NCBI GenBank assembly: GCA_964384485.1
Contig: CAYLLE010000002.1
Span: 5,825-69,824, forward strand
Source of the DNA: an uncultured Spirochaetales bacterium
GTDB lineage: Bacteria; Spirochaetota; Spirochaetia; CAYLLE01
Length of the DNA: 64,000 nt
Direction of reading: 5' to 3'
This document shows, one piece after another, positions 63,524 through 64,000 of this stretch (positions within the stretch are counted from its first letter, which is position 1; the number at the start of each line of letters is the position of its first letter). A program made the position numbers and the translations under genes. The notes beneath the pieces are model-generated. The model had not been told where the DNA came from, did no database searches, and was given only the letters and a program-made list of their open reading frames with translations.

Positions 63524-63805
63524 CTACCGCTTCCGCTTACGTTTGGCCGCTTCTATCTCGGAAGCGGTCAAATTTATTCTAGGTTCATCGATTTTCCCGG
63601 ATTCGAACTTTTCTTCTAAATCATCGACAAAGTTTTCTTCCATATTGTAGAGATCATCTTCCAATTTTCCGGACCATACGAGTCTGGTTAGTTCTTCTTC
63701 TTTTTCCTGATAAGTCAATAACCGTTTTGCCGTAACTGCGGCGCAGTACCAGCGGATATCATCTGTTGTTATTCCCCGGGCCGTAAATATTTCTTTAACT
63801 GTCAT
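63524..63805 (-). CDS. hypothetical small acidic protein with a basic tail
   Basis: 93-aa ORF (MTVKEIFTARGITTDDIRWYCAAV...EAAKRKRKR). Clean ORF of plausible composition. No family recognised. Confidence 0.5.
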   Translation of the reverse strand: MTVKEIFTARGITTDDIRWYCAAVTAKRLLTYQEKEEELTRLVWSGKLEDDLYNMEENFVDDLEEKFESGKIDEPRINLTASEIEAAKRKRKR

Positions 63806-63850
63806 AGGTAAAAACTACCAGAGAACCTAAAGCGCGTGAACCCTTAAACC

Positions 63851-63938
63851 GGCAATTTCCGATGATCCCGTTTTATGTAATTGCTCGTAATAAAACAATT
63901 TATAAATTTTAATGCGAATGTGATCACCGGAAATTGCC
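63851..63938 (-). repeat. copy C of the dispersed AT-rich repeat (most complete: 62-bp core flanked by 17-bp terminal inverted repeats)
   Basis: Left arm GGCAATTTCCGATGATC at 63851-63867 and right arm GATCACCGGAAATTGCC at 63922-63938 are reverse complements (16/17). The reverse complement of the core, 63876-63937, matches copy B at 60/62. Orientation is inverted relative to copies A and B. Confidence 0.85.
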
Positions 63939-63956
63939 GCCTGTCGACAAATAATA

Positions 63957-63985
63957 TTGACGAATTTAAAATTTTGGGGTATTCT
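63957..63985 (+). promoter_or_regulatory. candidate sigma70 promoter reading out of the right edge (TTGACG-N17-TATTCT)
   Basis: TTGACG at 63957-63962, a 17-nt spacer, TATTCT at 63980-63985. No gene is visible before the window ends. Confidence 0.3.
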
Positions 63986-64000
63986 TAGAATTGACTGGGA

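Overview
This is a densely packed chromosomal window of roughly 50% GC. I call about 65 protein genes, one tRNA, no rRNA, no CRISPR array, and no transposase, integrase or phage genes. Product calls rest on motifs I recognised by eye in the translated ORFs; no database search was possible. The gene content looks like an anaerobic, fermentative bacterium. A Spirochaetota-like origin is my guess only.

Layout:
- 1-2232: edge of a polysaccharide locus (CapD/WbaP-type fragment, NusG paralog, Wzz).
- 2972-5809: a very large acidic RlpA-SPOR cell-wall protein.
- 6283-13620: SfsA-DUF123 nuclease fusion, acyl-CoA synthetase and fabZ, divergent from a contiguous accB-accC-accD-accA operon.
- 13623-20808: CcdA/TlpA thiol-redox pair, CPBP protease, PilZ receptor, HEAT-repeat protein, ComEC, rsmA.
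- 20785-23427: dapA-dapB-pta.
- 23553-24566: a decayed haem-sensor chemoreceptor.
- 24563-33865: amidohydrolases, DegT aminotransferase, RNase R, and an AraC/Gfo/fatty-acid-hydroxylase cluster.
- 33934-40176: a 2-oxoacid:ferredoxin oxidoreductase-buk-ptb fermentation operon ending in an orphan DNA methyltransferase.
- 40171-43807: superoxide reductase, initiator tRNA, URO-D-like gene, a gene remnant, DUF89.
- 43986-47752: NifA-type sigma54 activator, then amtB-glnK, with a phased palindrome array between them.
- 47865-54270: pyk, prsW-like, hisC, clpB.
- 54273-57729: tatA-tatC-DUF362-polyferredoxin.
- 57858-63805: argH, then an RNA m5C methyltransferase with a GTDC1/QTMAN-like glycosyltransferase, divergent from HAD and phosphohexomutase genes.

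The items most worth a second look:
1. The bacterial GTDC1-like glycosyltransferase coupled to an m5C RNA methyltransferase.
2. The Tat-linked DUF362 plus NapH-NapG-like fused polyferredoxin operon.
3. A 62-89 bp AT-rich repeat with terminal inverted repeats, present three times.
4. The SfsA-DUF123 double-nuclease fusion, which lacks an in-frame canonical start codon.
5. The CTAC-N6-GTAG palindrome array upstream of amtB.

I cannot show that any of these is undescribed. Each needs the database or wet-lab check listed with it.
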